From assembly GCA_963675945.1 (NCBI GenBank), contig OY780932.1, positions 1,640,503-1,704,502 on the forward strand: a DNA stretch of 64,000 bases. Direction: 5' to 3'. Below the pieces are notes generated by a model that was not told the origin of the DNA, searched no databases, and was given only the letters and a program-made list of their open reading frames with translations. Shown piece after piece: positions 27,296-36,148 of the stretch. Positions within the stretch are counted from its first letter, which is position 1; each line of letters starts with the position of its first letter. The stretch comes from Planctomycetota bacterium. Lineage in GTDB: Bacteria; Planctomycetota; SZUA-567. Made by a program: the position numbers and the translations under genes.

Positions 27296-28675
27296 TTACT
27301 GTAGGTAGCTCAGATACTTAGACTGCAGCGAGATAATTGTATTCAAGCTCCTCTCGGCAGCGCTGACATTGTCGACGACCGGATCGAGCAGTAGCGCCTG
27401 GAGCGCCAACTCTTTTGATTGTTGTAGAACAGCTTCGACCGTCAATTCGCAGAGAAAGACCTGATTATTCAGTAGTCCGGCAAACCCTGTCGGCACCTTA
27501 CCGAGTCTGACCCCATGTATCCCGCCTGCGTCCACTGTTGCCGGTACTTCCACTACCGCTGAGGACGGGAGGTTCGCGATATAGCCGTTATTCAGTATAT
27601 TCACTGCCATCTCGTCATGCCCGGAGTTGCTGACGATTCCTTCAATAATCGGGATGTCTCTCCAGTACTCAATCTCCCGCGTACCCTTGATCCGGGACTC
27701 GGGAACCTGCTCCAGGCACCATTTTTTGTAAAAATGGTAGAAGTCCAGAATACCTTCATGATCGACCACCGAATACGCCCAGCTTACATACTCACCCAGA
27801 TGGCTGTCGGTGGTAATTGGAAAGACACCGAATTTCTCCAGCAGGACTCTGAAGAGTTCGCGTTCCGGCCAGACCTTTACCCGATCGGCTCGCCTCGCGG
27901 TTGTGCCGTTACCTTTCTGGGTCTTGGTCAGATCAATTAGTTCTTTGGTCGCGCCGAGGTTTTCATATGAACCTTCCGGCAAGGATTCAAAGTACGCAGC
28001 AGATTTGGCAATGATGTCCGGGTAGGCATCCTTGCCGTTATCCTTATAGCTGGCGCTGAGCAAGGCGCTGAAATGATTGAGACCACCCGCCTTCACCTCT
28101 AGCTTGTCCCACGGGGTACCGAGGATCTTCGGCAGATGCTCCATAAGCGAGACCACCTCATGGCAGAGGCCGACAGCTTTGAGCTCTGGATACTTGGTAT
28201 TGATCGCCTTGGTAATCCTGGTCATTGGATTGCTTAGATTGAAGACCCAGGCTTCAGGGCAGATACGGCTGATATCGTCGCAAATGTCAAGAATAGGCGG
28301 GATGATACGTAGTGAATGGAATAAGCCGCCGGGGCCGCCATTCTCCCCGTAAACCCCACGTAGACCGTATTGCAGGGGGATATGCCAATCTTGCTCCCAG
28401 AGTTCATAACGGTTGCCTACCTCAATAGCAATAATACAGAAATCAGCGCCCTGGAGGGCTTCGTTTCTGGAGGTTGTCGCCAGCAAGGTATAATCCAGTG
28501 AATTATCATTCAGATAGCGGCGGGCTACAGTTTCGACTTTGGTTAGGGCTTCCTTATTGATATCATGCAGGACAATCTCACTGCCGGTCAGCACCTTGCT
28601 CTTAAATATATTACCTACGGAACCAAGTCCGAACATCGCACTCCCAGCCCCAATCAATACAATCCTTTTGGGCAT
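27296..28675 (-). CDS. glycoside hydrolase family 4 (NAD+/Mn2+-dependent alpha-glucosidase/alpha-galacturonidase-like)
   Basis: N-terminal Rossmann motif IVLIGAGSAMFG, the NLSNPM motif, 459 aa. Confidence 0.8.
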   Translation of the reverse strand: MPKRIVLIGAGSAMFGLGSVGNIFKSKVLTGSEIVLHDINKEALTKVETVARRYLNDNSLDYTLLATTSRNEALQGADFCIIAIEVGNRYELWEQDWHIPLQYGLRGVYGENGGPGGLFHSLRIIPPILDICDDISRICPEAWVFNLSNPMTRITKAINTKYPELKAVGLCHEVVSLMEHLPKILGTPWDKLEVKAGGLNHFSALLSASYKDNGKDAYPDIIAKSAAYFESLPEGSYENLGATKELIDLTKTQKGNGTTARRADRVKVWPERELFRVLLEKFGVFPITTDSHLGEYVSWAYSVVDHEGILDFYHFYKKWCLEQVPESRIKGTREIEYWRDIPIIEGIVSNSGHDEMAVNILNNGYIANLPSSAVVEVPATVDAGGIHGVRLGKVPTGFAGLLNNQVFLCELTVEAVLQQSKELALQALLLDPVVDNVSAAERSLNTIISLQSKYLSYLQ

Positions 28676-28716
28676 TTTAATCTCCTTACTTTAAAAAAAG
28701 TTGGTTATTTTCTGAT

Positions 28717-28738
28717 AAAATGTTTGCGCAAACATTTT
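28717..28738. promoter_or_regulatory. perfect 22-bp palindrome AAAATGTTTGCGCAAACATTTT, LacI-family-type operator candidate in the GH4 promoter region
   Basis: Central CG with the TGnnnnCGnnnnCA pattern, 42-63 bp upstream of the GH4 start and divergent from the LacI gene. Confidence 0.5.
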
Positions 28739-28942
28739 GTGTCAACATAATAGAACTATGGAGTATAAATCAGCGTTAGTCAAATTATATTTGAAAATAA
28801 CCTAATTAATTTTATAATGCTGCAGAATATTTTATTGTATTAATTCAGTTTACAATAATTTAAATTAACCCATAATTATAGGGTGTTATAGCCAGAGCAG
28901 AGATTACTACCGGGTATGACCCGTCAGGGAAGAGGGGAGAAC

Positions 28943-29953
28943 ATGGCTTCACAACAGGATGTAGCAAAACTGGCCAAGGTATCGTTTATGACGGTATCAA
29001 GGGTTATAAATAACCAGCCGAATGTGCGCAAGGAGACCCGCGACAAAGTACTCCGCGCTATCAAGGAGTTGGGGTATTATCCCGATGCCTCGGCTCAGGC
29101 CTTGTCTACCGGTAAAACCAGAAACATTGGCGCAATTTTTCCGCATGCCGAGTACTCTTTCGCCCATCCTTTTCTGGTTGAGCTTTCAATTAATCTTGAA
29201 GAGCAACTCAACAAGCATGGCTACCATCTCTTTATCGGCTCTAACCGCAAGGGTGAGGAGTATGCCATGCCGACTCCGCTACTCAATGAAAAAAAAGTCG
29301 ATGGGCTGATTATAATAGCCCCGGCAAAGACCGATCCCTTACTCAGGAGTCTCAGAAAATCTCCCATTCCCTTTATTCTGCTCAACGGTAGGGATAATCA
29401 AAGGTCGGCTTTTGTGGATTCGGATAATATTCAGGGAACCGAGCTCTTGCTGCAGCATCTGTTTGAACTCGGACACAAGAATATTGGTTTCGTCACTGGT
29501 GATATGCAGGAGCAGAACGCCAATGACCGTTATGCTACCTATCTTGCTCAACTTGAGCAGCACAAATTCAAAGTAGACGCTAGGCTTATTTATAATGGCA
29601 ACTGGTCGATTGAGAGCGGATATGCCGGATTCAATACCCTTGTGGAGCATAACCGGGATATCTCGGCTATTGTCTTTTCCAATGACCAGATGGCGCTGGG
29701 CGGAATCAGGGCGGCACATGAAAAGGGTATAGGCATACCTCGGGATATCTCGATCTGTGGGTATGATGATACTAAATATGCCCGGTACTCTGTTCCATCT
29801 TTGACGACTGTTCACCAGTCGCTCAACCGGCTCACCGAGGTCGCAGTGCAGATGATCATTGCCAAGATCGAGGGCATGAAGAATGTTCGGAGCAAGGTCA
29901 TTCCTTCAGAACTCAGGCTGGGTGAATCAACCAGGGCGTTTTCCGGGAAATAA
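28943..29953 (+). CDS. LacI-family transcriptional regulator
   Basis: HTH region MASQQDVAKLAKVSFMTVSRVIN followed by a periplasmic-binding-protein-like effector domain. The start at 28943 (MASQQ) is preferred over 28916 because of the RBS GAGGGGAGA. Confidence 0.8.
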   Translation: MASQQDVAKLAKVSFMTVSRVINNQPNVRKETRDKVLRAIKELGYYPDASAQALSTGKTRNIGAIFPHAEYSFAHPFLVELSINLEEQLNKHGYHLFIGSNRKGEEYAMPTPLLNEKKVDGLIIIAPAKTDPLLRSLRKSPIPFILLNGRDNQRSAFVDSDNIQGTELLLQHLFELGHKNIGFVTGDMQEQNANDRYATYLAQLEQHKFKVDARLIYNGNWSIESGYAGFNTLVEHNRDISAIVFSNDQMALGGIRAAHEKGIGIPRDISICGYDDTKYARYSVPSLTTVHQSLNRLTEVAVQMIIAKIEGMKNVRSKVIPSELRLGESTRAFSGK

Positions 29954-30329
29954 TTATTGTTGCTTGTGAACTTTGGATTACCTGCATAATACTTAAAATT
30001 ATTGATGAAAGGTCTGGCTGCTAGGTATTTTTATTGATATTTGCAAGTGTATGGGGAGGTTATGGGGTGGAAATTCAGAGTGTTTCCGTAGTGCTAAATC
30101 AAATCTGAATAATAGGCAGAAGGTGAATTTTCTGATTAATTCTTGGTGTGAGGGCATGGAGGTGCAATAATTATAGAAATTTTTTAAATGAATTTTCTGT
30201 CAAAAATTTGAGGTTAGACGTTGTGTTGTATTACGTTATAGGTTTTTCTGTCTTGTGTTTGGATGTGACAAATTTATAAATACGTATTGACATGCCGCGC
30301 GATATCGGTATTGTTTTAAAACATAATTT

Positions 30330-30415
30330 GCGGAAGTGGCGGAACGGCAGACGCGCCTGGTTCAGGTCCATGTGATAGCAATATCGTGGAGGTTCAAATC
30401 CTCTCTTCCGCACCA
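30330..30415 (+). tRNA. tRNA-Leu (anticodon CAG)
   Basis: Acceptor stem GCGGAAG/CTTCCGC, anticodon loop TTCAGGT, long variable arm, T-loop TTCAAAT, CCA encoded. Confidence 0.8.
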
Positions 30416-30714
30416 AAAACTAGAGTGGTGTGTAAACTTAGTGTTTGCACACCACATTTTTATGTACCATACCTTAATATGCTAATATGCTTTTGACAGT
30501 GCAGAGACAAATTTGCTGTCGGACACCTCTTGTTATATACATGTAAAATATGATACAAAAAGCGCAGTAGCCTCTTGACTTTAGTAAGCAAATATCTAAT
30601 ATTGATCCTGGCGGATAAATGTTGCTATCACGTATAAAACTGCTATAATTTTATGATAAATATTGGTGGTGATTTTGCGTGGTTTTACATTTTAATTAGA
30701 ATGCGTGTTATGGT

Positions 30715-31266
30715 GTGAATATGGAAGAAATATTTAGTAGCTGGTCGAGCTTTGAAATGGTAATGTTCTGTAGCGCCGCCGTCTTTACTGTGATCTTTTT
30801 TATCCAGGTGATACTTGCTTTTGTGGGCTTCAGCCTTGATTCCATCGATGCTTTAGGATTGGCCGGTGATGATGGCTTGAGCTTTTTTACTCTGCGTAAT
30901 ATGGTCACTTTCTTTGCTTGCCTGGGTTGGACAGCTTTTTTTCTCAGTGTCAATGATGTCCATGAGCTGATCGCCCTGGTTAGTGGTATTGTGGTAGGGT
31001 TATTCGCCATGTTACTTAATTTCAGTGTTATGCGTTCGCTCAGTCGTCTGAACGAGAATAATGCTTTCGATCTTCAGGCGACAATAGGGGCTTCGGCCAA
31101 GGTGTATACACCTATTACGCCGGAGAAACCCGGATTGGTGCAGATAAGCTATGGTGGGGGGCTGCATGAAGTGTATGCCCGCGCCGATACGGCAATAGCC
31201 AGTCATACTCCGGTAGTTGTTACGGAAGTTCTCGGTGCAAACTTAGTCTTGGTTAAGCCGCTTTGA
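30715..31266 (+). CDS. NfeD-family membrane protein (short form, C-terminal OB-fold)
   Basis: Three TM segments and a C-terminal beta domain; sits immediately upstream of the flotillin gene. Confidence 0.65.
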   Translation: MNMEEIFSSWSSFEMVMFCSAAVFTVIFFIQVILAFVGFSLDSIDALGLAGDDGLSFFTLRNMVTFFACLGWTAFFLSVNDVHELIALVSGIVVGLFAMLLNFSVMRSLSRLNENNAFDLQATIGASAKVYTPITPEKPGLVQISYGGGLHEVYARADTAIASHTPVVVTEVLGANLVLVKPL

Positions 31267-31301
31267 TTATTGTCAGATAGTATGCTTTTGAAAGGATTTT
31301 T

Positions 31302-32699
31302 ATGATTGCTTTAGGTCTTGGTATTGTACCGTTAATTATTATTATCGGTCTATTTGCTATTGTTATCGCTGCTCTGGTCTTTTACAAAAAATGCCCTTCG
31401 GATAGAATTCTGGTTATTTACGGTATGATTGGAAAATCGGATGATGGGCAGAAGCGCACAGCAAAGTGTATTCACGGTGGTGCGGCATTTATCTGGCCGA
31501 TAATTCAAGATTACAAGTGGCTCAGCCTGATTCCGATGCAGATTGATATTGACCTGCGCGGCGCTCTTTCCAAGCAGAATATCCGGGTAAATATCCCTGC
31601 TTCATTTACTATCGCTATTTCTAATTCTACCAGTATCATGCAGAATGCGGCAGAACGCCTCCTTGATCTCAGTTCAAATGAAATAAAAAAACAAGCGGAA
31701 GATATCATCTTCGGCCAGTTGCGCCAGGTTATTGCCACCATGTCAATCGAAGATATAAATGCGGATAGGGATAAATTTATCGAGAATGTGACCAATAACC
31801 TGGGGATTGAACTGAATAAAATCGGGCTTGATCTGATAAATGTTAACATCAAGGATATTACCGATGAATCCGGGTATATTGAAGCACTTGGTAAAAAAGC
31901 TGCGGCAATCGCTACCGAGCAGGCTAAAATTGATGTGGCTGAGCAGGAGAAAGCAGGTGATACCGGTAAAGCTAAAGCCGATCAGGAACGCCGTGTTAAA
32001 GTGGCGTCGGCTAATGCCGAGGCGGTCAGCGGTGAAAACCTTGCGTTGATAGTAAAGGCGAATTCTGATGCGGACAGGCGTGAGAATGAAGCGAAAGCTC
32101 ACTCTAGAGCGGTAGCTGCGGAATCTGTACAGAGTGCAAATGCGGAACGAGAGGGGTATATGGCTCAGATTGAAACCCAGAAGACCCTGGCCGAACTCAA
32201 TCGCCAGAAAGAGACTGCAAATAAGATTGTGCCCGCCGAGATTGCCAAACAAGAGGTGATTATTGAGGCGCAGGCGGAAGCTGAAAAGCTGAGGATTGAG
32301 GCTGAAGGCGCAGCACAGGCAGTATTTGTCAAGATGAAGGCTGAAGCTGAAGGTAATTACGAGATCCTCAAGCAGATGGCTAAAGGTTTTGATGAGACGG
32401 TCAAGGCGGTTGGTGGCGCTCCAGAGCAGGCGGTGATGATGATGATCGCGGATAAATTAGAGAACCTGATGAAGATTCAGGTCGATGCGATAAGTGGTAT
32501 TAATATCGATAAGATTACGGTTTGGGATAGCGGAACGGGAAGCAATGGCAATACTTCAACTGCCAACTTTGTTCGAGGGCTGGTACAAGCGGTGCCGCCG
32601 ATTCAGGAGATGTTCAAAATGTCGGGTATGGAGCTGCCAAAATGGCTGGGGAGTGAGGATAAGGAGGCGACTGCCTCTGCTGTGGACGGAGAAGAATAG
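31302..32699 (+). CDS. flotillin-like SPFH/band-7 domain protein
   Basis: N-terminal TM, an SPFH domain, and long Ala/Glu-rich coiled-coil repeats (AEAEKLRIEAEGAAQA). Confidence 0.8.
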   Translation: MIALGLGIVPLIIIIGLFAIVIAALVFYKKCPSDRILVIYGMIGKSDDGQKRTAKCIHGGAAFIWPIIQDYKWLSLIPMQIDIDLRGALSKQNIRVNIPASFTIAISNSTSIMQNAAERLLDLSSNEIKKQAEDIIFGQLRQVIATMSIEDINADRDKFIENVTNNLGIELNKIGLDLINVNIKDITDESGYIEALGKKAAAIATEQAKIDVAEQEKAGDTGKAKADQERRVKVASANAEAVSGENLALIVKANSDADRRENEAKAHSRAVAAESVQSANAEREGYMAQIETQKTLAELNRQKETANKIVPAEIAKQEVIIEAQAEAEKLRIEAEGAAQAVFVKMKAEAEGNYEILKQMAKGFDETVKAVGGAPEQAVMMMIADKLENLMKIQVDAISGINIDKITVWDSGTGSNGNTSTANFVRGLVQAVPPIQEMFKMSGMELPKWLGSEDKEATASAVDGEE

Positions 32700-32739
32700 T
32701 CTGCGGGCGGTGCTGCGGACAAGTAAGGGTTATAATTGA

Positions 32740-32776
32740 GTTGAGACCTGGGTTGGTACTGGGTCTCAACTTTTGT
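32740..32776 (+). terminator. rho-independent terminator after flotillin gene
   Basis: Stem gttgagacc / ggtctcaac with a 13-nt loop, followed by TTTTGT. Confidence 0.6.
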
Positions 32777-33005
32777 ATGTAGCTTGCCGTATGCGGCAGT
32801 GGACGAGCGTTAATATATTCTTCTGGGTGCACAAGGGGGGAGGCTTGAGGTTTATGCGGCGATAATTGAGGAGAAAATCTGATCCAGCTTGACAATTGCG
32901 GTTGTATGCCTATTATTTAGTTAGCTACAATATTGTATAAAATGGTTGGCTGAGCGGTTCCAAGTGTTGTTATAGCTACTGCCGCGAAGATTACTGGAGA
33001 TAAGA

Positions 33006-34277
33006 ATGAGCGATAGAACAGCAACCGAGGTTGAAGCGATCCTGGCGACAGACATTACTACCTTGCTTGCAGAATTTCCCAGCCTTGGCGGCGAGTTTAC
33101 GGCGAGGGGGCTGGGTGCATTCTGTACTGCGGAAGCAAAGGCGGGAATCGGACGCTTTCTTCATTTGGAGACGGTGTTGCGCCGACGTGAGATTGATGCG
33201 TTGGGTTTTGTTAATGAGTGTATTCTGCCTGTAATTCACGAGCAGGATGACGACCTGGGTGAGCTGCGGGATGTGCCGACCTCTGAAGTTATCAATTACG
33301 GGGCTGGGGCGGGGAGCGTGTTGGCGCTACTGCCCTGCGGTTTGAAGCGTTCATACCATGCCGGAATAAAGGAGTTTGCCAGTGCACAGCCGGAGGATTA
33401 TGCGCAACTTGATTTTCTTATTCAAGGAAATGTCAATCATGAACTCTCGTACTACCCGCACTTGTCGCGGGTTCAGTCCGAGGGGGAGATACCGGAGATG
33501 CTGTTGGTCTCGGATTTTAACTGTCTCTTTCACCATGATTTTATAAAGCGTTTTGTAAATCCCGGCCTCTTTGCGGCTCCGGCGGGTTATCCAGGTGCTG
33601 ACGCCAGTAGAGCCTTTCAGGAATGCGGTTATTTTGATCCGCAGAATAAGTACATGATGTTGACTGCCAATCCGCTGATTATGGTTGTTGATCGAGCAAG
33701 GTTGGGCGGCAAAGCCGCCCCGCGTTCCTGGCGGGAGCTGATAGAAGGGGATTATCGCAATGAGGTCAGCATTCGGGGGGATGGCAGTTTTTTCTGCAAC
33801 GGCGTACTCCTCCCGCTGTATAAGAAGTTCGGTTTTGACGGATTACGTAAGCTTGCGGCGCAGGTTAAGAACGGCCTGCACCCTTCCCAGATGGTCAAGG
33901 AGCTTTCGCAGAAGAGTCCGCAGCGTTCGGCAATCTATATCATACCGTATTTCTTTGCGCAGACTATCTCGGGTAATAATGAGTGTGAGTTGATCTGGCC
34001 GGAAGAAGGGGCGATTATTAGTCCGGTATTTATGGTGGCGAAGGAACGGAGTCTGTCGGTTATGGAGCCGCTGATCAAGTATTTCTGCAGCGAGCGTTTC
34101 GGGCGCATTCAAGATAATGCTTACTTTCCGCCGGTCTCGGAGATTGCCTCCAGCTTTGATCCGGCCGATAGGAATTTCTATTGGCTGGGCTGGGATTTTT
34201 TGCGCGGTGAGGACAGTGGCCGGATAAAACAGGAGATAGAGCAGATGTTTGTGCCTGCGGTGGAGTCTACCCGGTAG
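33006..34277 (+). CDS. cytoplasmic protein with C-terminal ABC-type periplasmic-binding-protein-like (SBP_bac_1/8-like) domain and unknown N-terminal domain
   Basis: No signal peptide. The segment PRSWRELIEGDYRNEVSIRGDGS...YIIPYFFA resembles Fe/thiamine/polyamine-type SBP folds. 423 aa. Confidence 0.45.
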   Translation: MSDRTATEVEAILATDITTLLAEFPSLGGEFTARGLGAFCTAEAKAGIGRFLHLETVLRRREIDALGFVNECILPVIHEQDDDLGELRDVPTSEVINYGAGAGSVLALLPCGLKRSYHAGIKEFASAQPEDYAQLDFLIQGNVNHELSYYPHLSRVQSEGEIPEMLLVSDFNCLFHHDFIKRFVNPGLFAAPAGYPGADASRAFQECGYFDPQNKYMMLTANPLIMVVDRARLGGKAAPRSWRELIEGDYRNEVSIRGDGSFFCNGVLLPLYKKFGFDGLRKLAAQVKNGLHPSQMVKELSQKSPQRSAIYIIPYFFAQTISGNNECELIWPEEGAIISPVFMVAKERSLSVMEPLIKYFCSERFGRIQDNAYFPPVSEIASSFDPADRNFYWLGWDFLRGEDSGRIKQEIEQMFVPAVESTR

Positions 34278-34332
34278 TCTCCGCTCTGGTTATGATGGTA
34301 TTTTGTGTTTTGATTGGATTGAGATTTTAGCT

Positions 34333-35040
34333 ATGAGACTTATTACCATATCCGGCCCTCCTTCAAGTGGCAAGACTACCCTGCTGCTGCGAATCGTTGA
34401 GTCATTACGGCAGAATAGACTGACGGCAGGGGTGGTGAAGTTTGATTGCCTGGCTAACTCCGACAAGCAGGTATTTGCGGCTAACGGGGTGCCGGTAAAG
34501 GTAGGACTCTCGGGCGGCCTCTGCCCGGATCATTTTTATATCAGCAATGTGGAGCAGGCACACGACTGGGGGCAACGGAGAGGGTTTGACTACCTCTTCT
34601 TTGAGAGCGCAGGACTCTGTAACCGTTGCAGTCCGCATCTGAAGGATATTCTGGCAGTCTGTGTGATCGATAACCTCTCGGGCCTCAATACTCCCTATAA
34701 GATTGGGCCGATGCTCAGGGGGGCGGATGTTGTGGTTATAACCAAGGGTGATATTGTCTCGCAGGCTGAGCGCGAGGTCTTCGCTTTCCGGGTGCGTCAG
34801 GTTAATCGCCGAGCCAGGATTATCCCGGTAAATGCGCTGACCGGGCAAGGGGTACTGCTTCTGGTAAACCTCTGTATGGGGGCGGAGCCGCGGTCTGAGC
34901 TTACCGACTGTCAGTTGCGCTTTACGATGCCGGCGGCTCTGTGCAGTTATTGTCTGGGGGAGACCTCGGTCGGTAAGGACAAACAGATCGGTATGGTAAA
35001 GTATATTGATTTTTCAGATGGGGAGGCGGTAGATGGTTGA
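34333..35040 (+). CDS. G3E-family P-loop GTPase (HypB/UreG-like metallochaperone)
   Basis: Walker A GPPSSGKTTLL, SGGLCPDH in the position of HypB GKGCHLDA, switch/Walker B FFESAGL, an NKxD-like VITKGD, and a C-terminal CSYC. The start at the internal ATG 34333 (MRLITISG) is preferred over 34249. Confidence 0.6.
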   Translation: MRLITISGPPSSGKTTLLLRIVESLRQNRLTAGVVKFDCLANSDKQVFAANGVPVKVGLSGGLCPDHFYISNVEQAHDWGQRRGFDYLFFESAGLCNRCSPHLKDILAVCVIDNLSGLNTPYKIGPMLRGADVVVITKGDIVSQAEREVFAFRVRQVNRRARIIPVNALTGQGVLLLVNLCMGAEPRSELTDCQLRFTMPAALCSYCLGETSVGKDKQIGMVKYIDFSDGEAVDG

Positions 35041-36040
35041 GCCGCAGGTGAAGGTCAAGGATTTTCTGGGGATGACCCTGGAAGAGATCCGCCGCGAGGA
35101 GACCGATCTCTGGCAGATGCTCCAGGCAATGCTGGGGGAATGGCCGTTGTTGACCAAAAGTTTGGCGGTGAATATTGCGGCACTGGATGAGGGACAGCTC
35201 AAGGACAGGGGGCTCAGCAGAGAGGTTATCCGTGGTGCAGTCAACGATTTTGCGGAGCATGTGGCTAATTCCAGGGTGGATTCAGCGGTGGAGATGATTA
35301 CCATTATCGGGGGGCAGGCTAAGGATGGCACGCCTGAAGGTGTTAATTTGGATATCTGCCGCGGGAAGATAAGTTGCCTGGTGGGGGCGACCGGAGCTGG
35401 TAAGAGTCAATTACTCAACGATCTTGAATGTCTGGCGCAGGGAGATACCCCGAGTAAGCGACGGATCTTACTGGACGGGCAGAGCCCGGATGATGAGCTG
35501 CGGTTTTCTATCGAGCGTAAAATTGTCGCTCAGTTGACTCAGAATATGAATTTTGTCATGGATATTCCGGTGGGAGAGTTTATCCTACTCCATGCTCGAA
35601 GTCGTCTCAAGGCCGAGCCGGAGCGACTTACCCGGGAGGTTTTGCAGACCGCAAATAACTTGGCTGGAGAGAAGTTCTCCCCGGATACCCCGCTAACAGG
35701 ACTCAGCGGCGGGCAGTCGCGGGCGTTGATGATCGCCGATACCGCCCTTATCTGTGATTCGCCGGTGGTGCTGATTGATGAGATCGAGAATGCTGGAGTA
35801 GATCGGCGTCGGGCGCTTGATCTCTTGTTAAATCAGCAGAAGATCGTGATTCTGGCGACCCATGATCCGGTACTCGCCTTGCTCGCTGATCAGCGCATAA
35901 CTATCCGGGACGGGGCGATTGTGGCGGTGTTGGAGACGACCTACGAGGAGAAAAAACTTCTTGAGTCCCTGCTGGTAGCGGATGAACGGATAAGCAAAAT
36001 TAGAACTAGCTTGCGTAACGGAGAGCGCGTCGGTGGGTAG
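35033..36040 (+). CDS. ABC-type ATPase with about 110-aa N-terminal extension (no cognate permease nearby)
   Basis: Walker A GATGAGKS, signature LSGGQ, Walker B VVLIDE, H-loop ATHD. Its start overlaps the stop of the GTPase gene. Confidence 0.7.
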   Translation: MVEPQVKVKDFLGMTLEEIRREETDLWQMLQAMLGEWPLLTKSLAVNIAALDEGQLKDRGLSREVIRGAVNDFAEHVANSRVDSAVEMITIIGGQAKDGTPEGVNLDICRGKISCLVGATGAGKSQLLNDLECLAQGDTPSKRRILLDGQSPDDELRFSIERKIVAQLTQNMNFVMDIPVGEFILLHARSRLKAEPERLTREVLQTANNLAGEKFSPDTPLTGLSGGQSRALMIADTALICDSPVVLIDEIENAGVDRRRALDLLLNQQKIVILATHDPVLALLADQRITIRDGAIVAVLETTYEEKKLLESLLVADERISKIRTSLRNGERVGG

Positions 36041-36148
36041 AGATGTGGGAATGGTTAAATGGGTGTATCTTCTGACTGTAATGAGTTTTAATCTTTCACC
36101 CGGTATGGCTATACTGGGTTTGGGCTGAGGGTATGATGATGGCGTGTT

